A DNA stretch of 64,000 nt, from positions 77,502,001 to 77,566,000 of the forward strand of contig CM052816.1 of the NCBI GenBank assembly GCA_028534125.1, in the 5' to 3' direction. How positions within the stretch are numbered: position 1 is the first letter of the stretch; every line of letters begins with the position of its first letter. The position numbers and the translations under genes were made by a program. The notes beneath the pieces are model-generated. The model was not told the DNA's origin. It saw only the letters and a list, made by a program, of their open reading frames with translations, and ran no database searches. Positions 36,140 to 48,080 of the stretch are shown piece after piece. Origin of the DNA: Lama glama. Lineage: Eukaryota.

Positions 36140-36715
36140 ATGGCTATCTAGTACTGAATAACAACTTAACAGCTTAAAATAATCTTTCTTATTAGTTATT
36201 TGTTCACGGTCCTTCAGCCTGGACGGGCTTGGTGAAAACAGCTTGTCTCTGTTCCACAGGGGCAAGTGGCTTGGCCTCCCAGCTGGAGGCTGGAGGATCC
36301 GCTTCCAAGACGGCTCACTCACATGGCAGCTCATGGGTCCCGCTATTGGCTGGGAACTCAGCTGGGGTTGGTTCCCGAGAGTTTTGGTTCTTGGCTCTTG
36401 CTCTCAGCTGGGCTTATTGATTCTCCTACTTGTGGCCTCTTATGTGGCACTTACACTGGGCTTCCCCACGACATGGTGCGCCTAGGGCAGCTAGACTTCC
36501 TGTGGGCAGCAGCCTTCCCCAAAGTGCAAAAAACTGGGAGCTTCAAGACTCCTTAAGGCCAAGACTCAAGATTGGCACAGCGTCACATTTTCTGCATTCT
36601 GTTGGTTAAAGCAAATCACAGGACCAGCCCAGATTCCAGGAGAGGGCTGTGGAAGTGCATGAATACCCACAGGGAGGCGTGTTTCCCTGGGGATCGGCAC
36701 TGCGACAGATTGTTC
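36140..36715. mobile_element. MaLR LTR (MLT1G/H-like)
   Basis: ggctggaggatccgcttccaagacggctcactcacatggc...ctgcattctgttggttaaagcaaatcacaggaccagcccagattcca. Confidence 0.8.
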
Positions 36716-37618
36716 TCACTAGTCTGAGAAACAGCGTATACTCAGCAGCATCACATCAGTGTATATATATAAACAGAATAAATAAAATGAGAGTTACGTG
36801 AAAGTAAACAGAAAATAAGTTATAGAATAGCACCAGCAGTAGCAACTGCAGTTCAGTGCAGAACATTAGATGCTGAACTTTAACAGCTGACGCTGGGGCG
36901 GGGTTGCAGCTTCCCTGTGAGCCTGGAGGCTAAGCCACAAACAGGCCAGACTTCAGCCTGAGCCAAGTAGCCACTGGACCCAAAATGTATGCTCTGCTGG
37001 GTCCCTTTGTCTCAGAACAGCTATTACCAAGTGACTAAACGTGGAACTTAGATTTGGGGGTTGACTAATGATGTGGTGCCCCTTCAAAGCAATACCGCCT
37101 TAAAAAGAAAAAGAGAAAGCTGTGGTGATTCAAATAAGATGTCTGCTCACTAGGCCCAGACTTTACAAACCAAGTAGTCATTTAGTAAGCTCTCACCTAT
37201 CAGCGCGATGCACAAGCGATGCACCAGTGATGCACCAGCTGACACCAAAAGTCTCTGCATGTCAGAAGCAGAGGGCTCCACCTGCTGCCAGGTGTGATGA
37301 CCACCCCCACCAAGTCTCTGGTGATTAAGTGCTGCTTCTTGGCCCCTGTAGCCCTGAAATCCTATCATCCCCGCTGAATTCAGGGAGCTCAGCTTGGTGA
37401 CAACATTTCCCACTGTCATTTTCTGACCTACACAGATGAGCTCGTCAGCAACGCCAGGGCTCACCTAATGGACGTTTTCCTCACTGCCTTGGTGAAGGAA
37501 GTGTCCTCGGAGCCTTTCTGGGGTCACAGTGTGCAGGTCTTCCATAACAAATCCATCCCGGTGTTTCTGTATCCCTAATCTGCATTCCCTGGAGTAATAC
37601 ACAATGTTTACTGTTAGT

Positions 37619-37637
37619 AGTGTGTGTGTGTGTGTGT
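37619..37637. repeat. (TG)n microsatellite
   Basis: gtgtgtgtgtgtgtgtgt. Confidence 0.85.
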
Positions 37638-37639
37638 AC

Positions 37640-39400
37640 TTTCATAACTTGCCAGTCTTTTAAATTTCCTCTCAAGACATTTAAGACATGTCAGATATTT
37701 TATCAGTTTTATTTTGCTGAAGAACTGTCATTCAGAGCCTCCTGACATGTTCCAGTCTGGATGGGTTGCCTTCTTCATTTACTAAATAATTATCATCCTG
37801 GGTTGAATCTCCTTTTTCCTGCATCTTGTGTCCTTTATAATTTACCCTCCTTGTTCTGGTGGCGTCATTTCCCAGCAGCTTCCTGAGAAAAGGCACAAGA
37901 GAGGTAAATGCATCAAGAGCTTTATTTTATATCCTCACCCTTGACTGACAGCTTGGCTGGGTATGGAATTCTGAATTAGAAATCATTTTCCTTCAGAATT
38001 TGAAGTAATTGCCCCACAGTCTTCTAGCTGTCAGTATTGTGGAAGTCCAAATCCATTTTTATTTTTGACTTTTTCTATGCTTTTGTGTTTACAGTCTGGA
38101 ATTTTTTGGTAGCATTTTCTCTTCATCTCCTAGTTTGGGTCTGTTTTTACCCATTGTGTATGTGCCTTTTTGATCTATACATTCATGTCCTTCAGTTCTG
38201 GGAAATATCTCTGAACTATTTCATTGGTGACATCTCCTCTGTTTTTTTTTTTTTTTCCTGTTTTTCCTTTGCAGAGTGGCCATTATTTATACATTTGATG
38301 TCCTGGACAGGGCACTGATTTTCTTATCTTTTCTTTCCTTTTTGTCATCTGCTATTTTCCAAAAGAGTTCTCTTTTTAATCCTTATAGTGAGTTTTTGAT
38401 TTCTGATAACATATTATTAAAATCCCAGAGCTCTTTTTGCCCTCTTGTTATTATTTCCTTTTATACACTAGCAGGCACATGTTTCACGGTTGCAACATCT
38501 CATCTCACTAGGGATCTGAGTTCATAATTTTTTGATGAGTTTTTTGGGGGTTTTTTTTACATTTTCTTTTCTTCTCACAGTCTCTATTTCTTCCAAATTG
38601 CTTATTTCATTTTTATAATTTTGGTTTCTACCTTTCATGTCAGAGGCATTCTTTAGATGCCTGAGATGCCTTGATTACATGCTCATATTTAGATGTTCAG
38701 GAATTAAAAGCTCATTGCCAACTATGAACTTTACTGTAACTTCTTCAAGAGTTTTCAATATCAGTATCATTAAGTCTCTCCTCATAGGCAAGACAAATCC
38801 CAAAGAAGGATCTTCCAATATCCTACCAAAAGGGGAAAGTCTGTCTGCCAAAAATATTGGAGCTGAGTAAGGAAGAAGACATTGAGGTCTCGGTATCCTG
38901 TGTACATAGACTTTTCAGTATGGTACCCATTTCCTTAACTGTGATGAGCACCCCCAGTTCACAGGACTTTTGCTTTACCAGACTTTTGGGAAGGGAGAGG
39001 GGAGGAATTGCCCAGCTATGCAGATGTTAAGGAGATCTTGGACTATGGCCACTTCTTAATCATACTTTCAACCAGTTTTCTTTATCTTAGCTTCTCCTTT
39101 AGCTCCTGGTTCCAGAAGTATCTGGTGCTACCAATCTCTGGGAATTTTGGAGATTTCAAGGTGTAAATCTGCTAGACTCTCAGCTGTCCTTACTGCCAGC
39201 TTAGGATTCTAGTTTCTTAAGTCTATTGAGTCATTTATTACTTTTCCATATACTTTTCAGTTTCAAGAATTTTATAGATGTTGTCCTTATTCCAATTCTG
39301 TTGATCCTCTTGTTAAAAAAAAAAAAAAACAAACCTTTGCAATCATTTTAGTGGGGCTTTGAGTAGGAGTAAAAGTAGCCATGTGTGCTTAACCTCCACC
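37640..39400 (-). mobile_element. HAL1-like (half-L1, ORF1-type) element, degenerate
   Basis: The minus strand of about 37935-38005 translates to QILKENDF*FRIPYPAKLSVKGE, the L1 ORF1p C-terminal RILYPAKLS motif. The plus strand is T-rich, and a HAL1-like 5' end (ttttagtggggctttgagtaggag...catgtgtgcttaacc) lies near 39350. Confidence 0.7.
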
Positions 39401-40479
39401 CACTGCCCCCAACATCTAAGCAGAAATTCAAATCAACTTTCTTTACATATATGACCAATGCTTATTTAAGAACCGGTTGCTCACTGCCTGGGGGACGATG
39501 AAGAAGGGTAAGTGATACACAGGCTTCAGCTGTCTTGCCTAGCAATTCAGCTCTCACCCCAAACTTGCATAGTTTGCTCAGCAAGACTTAGAAGCCCTGT
39601 GGATAACTGGACTCATATCCTTACAGGGCATTTCAGAAATTCTTTCGTTAGCAAGAATTTCCCTTGAGGGTTTGGTACTCTCTATGAGAGGTGTTCTGGT
39701 AGCTACAATTGTCTTCATCTTATATTTCCAGAGAAATTTTTACTTCCTTACGATATTTTAGCTTCCTTACGATATTTTAATTCCTCACTGATTGAGGATT
39801 AATGAAAATACTACAGTAGATTGAGAAGAGCAGTTAGACTTGTGAAACGTTTTTCTCTTTAAGGAAGTTCTTTAAAGTTATCCCGGAAGTGTTCTGGGTA
39901 AATCTCATGGACAATGGGTGTATTTTCTGCAATTCCACAGCTTGCTAATGCTTTTCTTACTTCCCCTGGGAAACGGGAATGAAAACCCTCCCCTGATCTT
40001 TCCTCAGAGCAGCTGTGCATTCTGAGTTAGAGGACACCTGCTAAGTCCTGGGATTCTAAGAGCCCAGAATGAGCTCATTGTTGAATCTGGGCTATTAGGG
40101 CACGAGGACGGCTAGGAAGTAGCAAGAGTAGAGGTAACTCATGAAATCCTGACTCTAGTCATTCCCAGCCTGTTCAGAAGATTACCCTGGAGCTGAAGTA
40201 ACTAAGGCTTTGTCTCTTACCAGGTGTGAGGGAAGCTTTAGAAAAACCTATGCAGTCCATTTTACAGTTATTTGAACATACAAAGAAAATATACATACTT
40301 TTTTTTTTTTACAGGTGCTCCTTTTTGATTCTCAGACAATTCAAAAACAAATCTCTTAAAGAAACAGAGTCTGAGATCTCAAGAGCCTGAATGGAGAAGT
40401 GCCTCTAAACTGCTGGAAGAAAATGAACCTAACGTAAGGGAATACAACTATTTTCTGTTTTAGAAGGTGGTGGAAAATT

Positions 40480-40690
40480 AATTTATTGGCTCTTTTTTTG
40501 TGTGCCAACATTTATGGTTATTATTTATTCTTTCACTGAATTTTTATAACAACCTTATTAGGTAGTCATTATTATTCTTCCCATAGTGCAGATAAGAAAA
40601 TGAAGTGTCAGAGATATGCCCAAATTCACACAGCAGGAGAGGGGCTAAGCTAAGACCAGAATGTCAACTTGCTGGACTCCCAAGTCCATG
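40480..40690 (-). mobile_element. MIR SINE
   Basis: atttattggctc...tgtgccaa...ataacaaccttattaggtag...cagataagaaaatgaagtgtcagaga. Confidence 0.7.
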
Positions 40691-41119
40691 CCAGGTCAAT
40701 CACTATTATCTCAGAGGAATCCTGGCTTTGGATCTCCCACCCATATTATGAGGTCTACACATCTACTTAAGACTGATCTCTTTCTATCACAGGATTGTGC
40801 TGGACCTTTGGGACTGTTGCGGGGGCGGGGGGGGGGGGGAGATTGATGCCAATTGCATACCAGGCACTGGACAACTTGCCTGGCACAAGATGCTGGGTTG
40901 ATCTGGCTGATAACCCAAACTCACAGAATTTAACAAATGTCAATCCTCAGATTTCTCTCTCTCTTCCTTCCCATATCATTTTTCTCTTGTTCCACCTTCC
41001 TCCACTTCCAATCCCCACATGACACCAGCAGTAACATGTTATCAGGTTTTCTAATGTGAACTCTAGCACAGAAAGATGTCATAATGTTATTTAAAGAACT
41101 TGAACTAAAAGTCAATTAA

Positions 41120-42338
41120 ACCTACCATTATTTCCCCATCTTAGAAAAAATCCTCCTGACGCTACTTTTTCTAGTAACCACTGCCCATTTTTCCCTCCCC
41201 TTGGTAGCGATACTTCCCCCAAAGAGCTGTCTCCTCTCATCTCATTTTCCCTAAAACCCACCTCAGTCAGGATTTACCCTCACCATGTCACTGAGATGCC
41301 TCTCTTCAAAATCACCAATGTCCTCTCCCTCTGCCAAGTCCAATGGCCAATTCTTTAGATATCATTGTTTCACCCTCGACCTCTCTTCTGAACTCCTGAC
41401 TCGCATACACGTGGTTGTCTCGCAAGCATCTCAAATGTAACACACCCAAAATAGCACTCATCAAACCCGGCTTCACCCATCGTCTCCTTCATCCAAATTG
41501 ACAGAAAGTTCTTCCTTCTAGTTGCTCAGGCCAAAAATCTTGGCATCATTCCTGCCTCCTCTCTTTTACTCACTCCCACTTACAATGCAGCAGAAAATCC
41601 TGTTGGCTTTATCTTCAAAATAAAGCCTCAACTCAAGCACTTCTCACCACCCCCACTGCTACACCCTGGGCTGAGTCACCACCTTCTCCCTCCTGGATTA
41701 CTGCAATGACCTCCTAACAGGTTTCGCGGCTTCTATGTTTCATCTCCTACACATCTAGTCGCCACACAGCAACCAGAGTGTTACTTTAAAAAGAGAATCC
41801 AACCAGGTTATTCCTCTGCTCAAAACCCTGCAGTGTTCCTGACTTACTCAGCATAAATCTGGCCTTGGAGATCCTGCCGGCTCTGACCCCTGACTACAGC
41901 TCGGCTCTCTCACCTCCCACCACCCAGCTCCAGACGCCCTGGCCTCTCTGATGCTGCAGGAATCTGTCGGGCACACTCCCACCTTAGGACACTTACTGGC
42001 TGTTCTTTGTATTGCTAACTCCCTCGCCTCCTTGGATTCTTCTGGTCTTCTCAGTGCTACTGACCTGATCACTCTTATTTAAAATCGCAGCCCACAACTG
42101 TCCCTGCCAGCATCTCTCATCCTCCTGACTCTGCAGTGTTTCTAGCTTTTCTATGGCGTAGCTAATATCCACTTACGTAGTCATTTTCAGGCTATTGTTT
42201 GTTGCCTCTCTTTCTTCCCTCTAGAAGAGAAGCTCTATGACAGCAGAGATCTGTGTCTGTCGTCGTTCATTAACGCATCTCCTGCACCTTAATCAGTGTC
42301 TAGAACATAAGAAATGCTCAATAAATACATGTCAAGTG
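41120..42338 (+). mobile_element. L2a LINE 3' portion, tail split by an L1 insertion
   Basis: aaatcaccaatgtcctctccctctgccaagtccaatggccaattct...cagttgctcaggccaaaaatcttggcatcatt-like...cctggattactgcaatgacctcctaacagg...aaatgctcaataaatac. Confidence 0.85.
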
Positions 42339-42557
42339 TGGGAAGGGATGGACTGGGATTTCAAGGTTGTAGAATAGATGGGCAAGATTACACTGGATAG
42401 CACAGGGAAATATACACAAAATGTTATGACAAATCACAGAGAAAAAAATGTGACAATGAGTGTGTATGTGTCCATGAATGACTGAAAAATTGTGCTGAAC
42501 ACTGGAGTTTGACACAACATTGTGGAATGATTGTAAATCAATAAAAAATGTTAAAAA
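42339..42557 (+). mobile_element. Young 5'-truncated L1 3' end with perfect 16-bp TSD
   Basis: aaatacatgtcaagtg occurs at 42323-42338 and 42558-42573. The insert carries L1 3' UTR motifs (gatagcacagggaaatatac; tgacacaacattgt), AATAAA and an A-rich tail. Confidence 0.92.
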
Positions 42558-42864
42558 AAATACATGTCAAGTGACTCCTGTCCAACACCTGGCTAGGAGC
42601 CTGGCCAGAGCCAAGCCTTATGTGCCTTAAATGTCTTGCCATAGTGTCCTGACTTCCATTCCATCTCATTGGAGTTTAGGTAAGCTTCCTGAGGTACGCT
42701 ACATGGTTGCTTGGTTGCTTGGTTGCTTTATAAGTAAAGAATAACAAGTGGACAAGGGAACGCTATGGAAAAATAATTTTTTCTTCACAGTGATGAGCAC
42801 CTGAGGAAGCATAGTCTGGCCCACACCCATCCTCTGTGCTGCAAAGTACAAGCCAGAGCCCAAA

Positions 42865-43060
42865 GGTGGCACACGTTAGGACCCAGAGCACAATCCCTGG
42901 ACCATATCGCCTGGGTTCACGACCAGCCTCTACCACTCACAAGCTGTATCTACTAAGGGGAATTTTCTTAACCATCAAATGAGGATAATAGTTGTACCAA
43001 TATCCAGTCTCATATAAGGATAAATTAGCTAGTGCAAAATACTTAAAACAATGCTTAATA
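42865..43060 (+). mobile_element. MIR SINE
   Basis: gcctgggttcacgaccagcctctaccactcacaagctgt...aaatgaggataatagttgtacc. Confidence 0.7.
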
Positions 43061-44499
43061 TATAATAAACAAAATATAATAAACATAGTATATAATCAAA
43101 ATTAATAGTTTATTAACATATAATAAAAATGTACAATACTTTTGTCTATTATTTTGTAGAATATATTTAGATATTTTAATTTGTATTTATTTGCATCATT
43201 TCATGGAAGCCTTATCTTTCATATTCATAGGCAACCAAATAGTTATATAAAAAAGTACTTGATGCCTTAAAGTACATAAAATCCCAACACATGAGCTTCT
43301 AGAAGTTTTATAGCCCCATGATGGTTCAAAGACAGGGGCTTGTGAAGGTGTGGGCTCATCAGGACTGAGCAAGTGAGCCATCTGCAGGGTGCCATGTTAC
43401 AGGGGAGCAACAGAGAAGGTACAAGAGAGGTGTAAAACAGAGGATGTTTGACATTCCTCCTAATTAGAGAGCCCCATGAGAGGGTAGTTGGGAAATTATC
43501 TCCAAAGATAAATCAGACATTGCCTAGATACAGCGGGAGCCACAGTCAATTAAAAATGAAACCTTTGAACAATGCTGAGTGCTGTACAGAAGAAAAAGAA
43601 GAAAACATCAGAGACACACCACCAGTAAAGTTTCTTAAGGAGAGCAAGTAGGAAAATCATCCGCCTCCTTCTCTCAGCAACTAGGCCTCCTCTATTAACC
43701 TGGCTTCTCAAGATGTTTTCCGTGCAAGTCTTGGTAAGTCCTGGAAGACTTCAGTTTTCCAGAAGTCATTCTTGCAGTGGTGATGTCAACCCGCAGTGTG
43801 GCTTTGGGCTGAATGGCACTGCCTGACTGAAATGCACTGGACAAAAAACATTGTCTTTGGATGCTGATGGAGAGCAGATCCCAGCTTCAGGCTGTCTCCT
43901 CCTTGCTCTGCCAGACACCCAGGGACCGGGGGTGCCCAGAAATCGCTCTGAATCTTTAGTGGGGGATTTTCAGAGCACAGATGTTATTGGAACAATTCCT
44001 GTTGCTGTTATTTGGATAGTGAGCCGAGGAACAGTAAGCGTAGTCCTTTGGTATTAACCACACTTCTTAATGAATGGCTTTTGCCAGCTTTTTTTGACTG
44101 AGAAGTGTGACTTTAAACAACAGGTAATTACTACAGAGTTGGGACAGGCTCAGAGAGTCCAGCAAATGCGGGCGTTTTCTAAAAGGTTTCCTTCCATTTC
44201 TGATGTGATTTATTGCTCATACAGTCTCGTCTCGAGGAGTCCAAAATCCAAAGGGCAAAATCAAAAGGAATAAAATATCCAACTGGCAGTTTAATGCTAA
44301 AACAAAGTTGTGTAATTTGAAGTTCACTGCCGAGAGATTAGATAATTTAGAAATCCTTGGAATTTCTGTTTCTAAATAAGTAAATAATAGATGATAAAGG
44401 TCTTTATTTGGTAAAAGGATGATTCATCAGTAATACAATAAGATCCCTGGACTCTATTAATGTTACTTATAACATTATCTTTAGTTTTCTAAACTTTGT

Positions 44500-45262
44500 G
44501 TTTATTTATTTAATTTCAGACTTACAGAAAATTTGTAAAAAGAGTAGAGAGAGTCTTGCATACCCTTTGGCAAGCTTCCCCTAATGTCAACACTTCACAT
44601 AACCTTAGCACAAGGATAAAACCCAGGAAATTAATGTTGGCTCAATACTAGTAGCCAAACTATGGTCCTTACTCAAATGTCCATTTTTCCACTAATGTCT
44701 TTTCTCTGTTTTAGGATCCAATCCAGGATCCTATATTGCATTAAATTGTCATGTCTCCTTAATCTCCTCCAATCTGCAACAATTCCTAAATCTTTCCTTG
44801 TCTTTAATGACTTTGACCCATTTGAAGAATACTGGTCAGTTATTTTGTAGAATATTCCTCAGTCTGGCTTTGTGATGCTTTTTTCATAATTAGATTGAGG
44901 TTATACATTTTGGGCAAGAATAGCACAGACGTGATGCCCTTCTTAACACATCATATCAAGACGTACTCAGTGTCAATATGTCTTATTACTGGTGATGTTA
45001 ACCTTGGTCGTTTGGATACAGTGGTGTCTGCCAACTTTTCCCACTGCAAAGTTACTGTGTTTCCCTTTGCAATTGATAAATATCTTTGGGTGGGGAGATG
45101 CTTTGTTGTTAGGGGTTATCCTGCTTCTCTTCAAACGTTTGAAGCATCCACGCATGCAGCCTGCCTGTATTCACTATTACTGCAGCATTTGACTAACGGT
45201 GATTTTCTACTTCCCTCACTCCTTTGACATTTATTAGAATTCTTCTGTAAAGAAGATACCAC
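44500..45262 (-). mobile_element. L1MC4/5-type 3' UTR
   Basis: aatttcagacttacagaaaatttgtaaaaa...ggatccaatccaggatcctatattgcattaaattgtcatgtctcctta...gaagaatactggtcagttattttgtagaat...ctggtgatgttaaccttg. Confidence 0.85.
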
Positions 45263-46831
45263 TCTTTTTAAGTAAGAGGCAGACAAGTACACTGCGAGGC
45301 CACTGAATCTAGATGAAATGAACTTCAGAGTTAAACTGACCTCTGTTGGAACTGAAACTATTCAATTTACCCTTTGTGTTCAAGGGTACCTAGCCAGTAA
45401 GTTGATTCTATCACCACCATCATCATCAAAAATAATATTTGCCTTCTGTAGAACAATTCTTAACTTGGCTTAGAATAGTTAAAGCAATAAGGGTCAAGAG
45501 ATTTGCTTTCTATCTTTCTGCCTGGGGTTCTCCTGTAAAGAAACTGGATGGAGACGACCCTTCTTTCTAACTTGATCCATTCAGTACTCCATAGACACTA
45601 CTTTCTTGCCCATATATCATTTTTAAAGAACTGCATGTCTAGGAGTGGTTCGATGGAACCAGAAGTAGATGTGTTAAACTCCCCAAAATGTCTTAACAAT
45701 TATTCTTGAGTTTGCTTCTGGCTGTATTTTGTAGTTTAAATAGCAATAACCCTAAATATATAACAGGTATTCCACTACAGTTCAGAATTGCCACTGGTAT
45801 TGCCTATACTGTGATACTTGCCTTCACAACATAGGTAGTATCAAACTATGGTATCTCAACTCACTATCAATTGAAAAATGAGGTTTGCTTACCAGTGGAA
45901 TACATTCTGCTTGACGTAGGCATTTTTTTCTACAAGAAGAAGCTTTTACTAATTGTCTAATAACCATCATCATAATCTTACTTATTGTTTGGGTGCCTTT
46001 TGGGTATGTGAAAAACTATACAGTTACATCAGTTATAAAGTTCAAATTAGGATCTCCCTCTCGGTTCCAGCCTAAATTTTAAAAAAATCAAATTCTTATT
46101 TGTAATTGATTATTTTCTAACCTTTTCCATGTGGTGAAATATTGGAACTCTCTGACACACACCTGGAAGAAGAGAAGGGATGTCCTATTTGCTCATCCCC
46201 ATTAAGCAGTTTGTCCATCTATACCTTATTCATCAGCAATATATATTTTAAGTTTTCAGATATTTAATTAAAACACCTACTCATTCAATGATCAAATATG
46301 GTCCTCTCTCTGTCCTGACTGCTACCACAAGCATGCTTTCTTTTTCAAATCAAAACTGATAAACAGTTCATCAAAAAAGCCCAGATCACTACAATGGTCC
46401 ATGGACTTCATTTTGTAATCAACTATCCAGGCACTCTGGTTAGTGGTTGGTGGAATTTACTTGTGGTTCTTAGTCATGGCATGCTACCATCAGTGTGAGC
46501 TCTACTGCAAGCACTTAATTACTAACCATACCTAAAGTGCCAAAGTTTAAGAGTGATTTGCTTTTTCAAAAGAAGTCACGGTTGATATACTTTCTTGAAA
46601 GGGAATGGAATGGTAGAATTACAGCTAGACCCAAGACAAACTCGTAAAACCTATAGCTTTCCATATCTTTTTTTAGCACTGGAAATGGTTCTGTATGACA
46701 CATCCTCTCTGTGTCATTTCAGGATGGCCACTGTACAGGGGCACTGGGCTTTCCATGTTTATACTACAGAGTTGCACCATACATAAATATTTTATTTATA
46801 GGAATTCATCTTATGCACTTGGCAATAGGAA

Positions 46832-47332
46832 TGGGTTAGATTACTGACCAAAAATATTTAATCTCCCTATGCCCTAACATATAAAGGGTATAGTTCCCCT
46901 ACCCTTTTGACACTGGGCGTGGCCATGTTTTGCTTTGGCTTCATGGTAAGCAGGGTTTTTATATTTCCCCACTCTTTGTCTTTAAACTCAGCAATATTAC
47001 TTACTTTGACCAAAGAGATGTTAGCAGACATGATGCCGTAAGAGGTTTGATCTGTCCACGTGCACTTGGACTTGCTCTGGCCTCTGCCATTGCCTCGACA
47101 GCCCCTTCAGCCCGGGTCCCAGCATAGACATAAGACATGTGTGGGGCAGACCTGAGCCTAACCTGCCACAAGGAGTCAAGCCCAGAAGAACTCAGGCCTT
47201 AAAACAGCAGTGCTCAGCTGGGTCCAGTCCGACCCCAGCCAACCTGCAGACACATGAGTGAGAATAAATGATAGCGCGTATAAGCCACTGAGTCTGGAAG
47301 TGGTTTGCCAGCCAGTAATAGCTGACAGACTG
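46832..47332. mobile_element. MaLR LTR (MLT1H-like)
   Basis: tactttgaccaaagagatgttagcagacatgatgc...ccagccaacctgcagacacatgagtgagaataaatg...taagccactgagtctgg. Confidence 0.8.
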
Positions 47333-47889
47333 AGTCATAAAGAAAAAGGAAAAGAAAGAAACATCAATATAAAGGGTGCTTAATGAGCGAGTGTGAGATG
47401 GGAGCCGTGAATCTACTTTTCCTCCATAGGTATCCATTCCCACACGCGTCTCCCAGTGTGAGTATCCGCCCCACAGATTGTTTAAAGAGAAATCCTTTTC
47501 CTGCACATGACCCTCTAAGTGAGAGTCACATGTGTAGACATCAAAGCATATACCCTATACTTTATAAACAATAATAATAATAAAGACTTTCAAGAATAAT
47601 GTTGACTTCTTGGGCCATTTTGATATAATGCACTACTGTTAGGAAATAACCCCACAAAACCTGTAACTCCACTTTTTCTATCTTGAGGCCCCATGTATGA
47701 AGACACTTTTGGGGACCGGTGAAGGGCAACGGCTAAGGGAAAATGTGCTCTCTGTTTGGTTAACTGTTTACAATGAAAGTATTTCAGGAATGGAACAAGA
47801 CCTTAAAAGGGAAATTCTTGGCAGCCAGGTCTCCGGTCAGTGCCTGTACAGTGATAGCACTGATCATTTCAAGTAACACATTTAAAATT

Positions 47890-48080
47890 TATATAATGCA
47901 CATGACTAAATGTAATCCTTACTACCATTCTGCAGGAAATAAGTATTGATCGCCCTATTTAAGTTATTTTGCAAACACGGAAACAGAAGTTCAGAGAAGT
48001 TGAAGGCCTTGTCTGAAGTCACACAGCTAAGACTGGGGCTCAAACCCAGGTTTGCTTTCCCATCCCAAGTTCTTCCCACC
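47890..48080 (-). mobile_element. MIR SINE
   Basis: attttgcaaacacggaaacagaagttcagagaagttgaaggccttgtctgaagtcacacagctaa...gggctcaaacccagg. Confidence 0.75.

Noticed and set aside
37200..42730. Short tandem repeats (11-mer at 37205, 19-mer at 39743, tggttgct x3 at 42704-42727) as a CRISPR-like array
   Set aside because: This is a eukaryotic intron with no spacers and no cas genes; they are simple slippage repeats.
19450..45262. Similar sequences at 19450-19715, 28000-28712 and inverted at 44500-45262 as a segmental duplication or large hairpin
   Set aside because: They are independent ancient L1MC-type 3' ends, too diverged and too far apart to imply structure.
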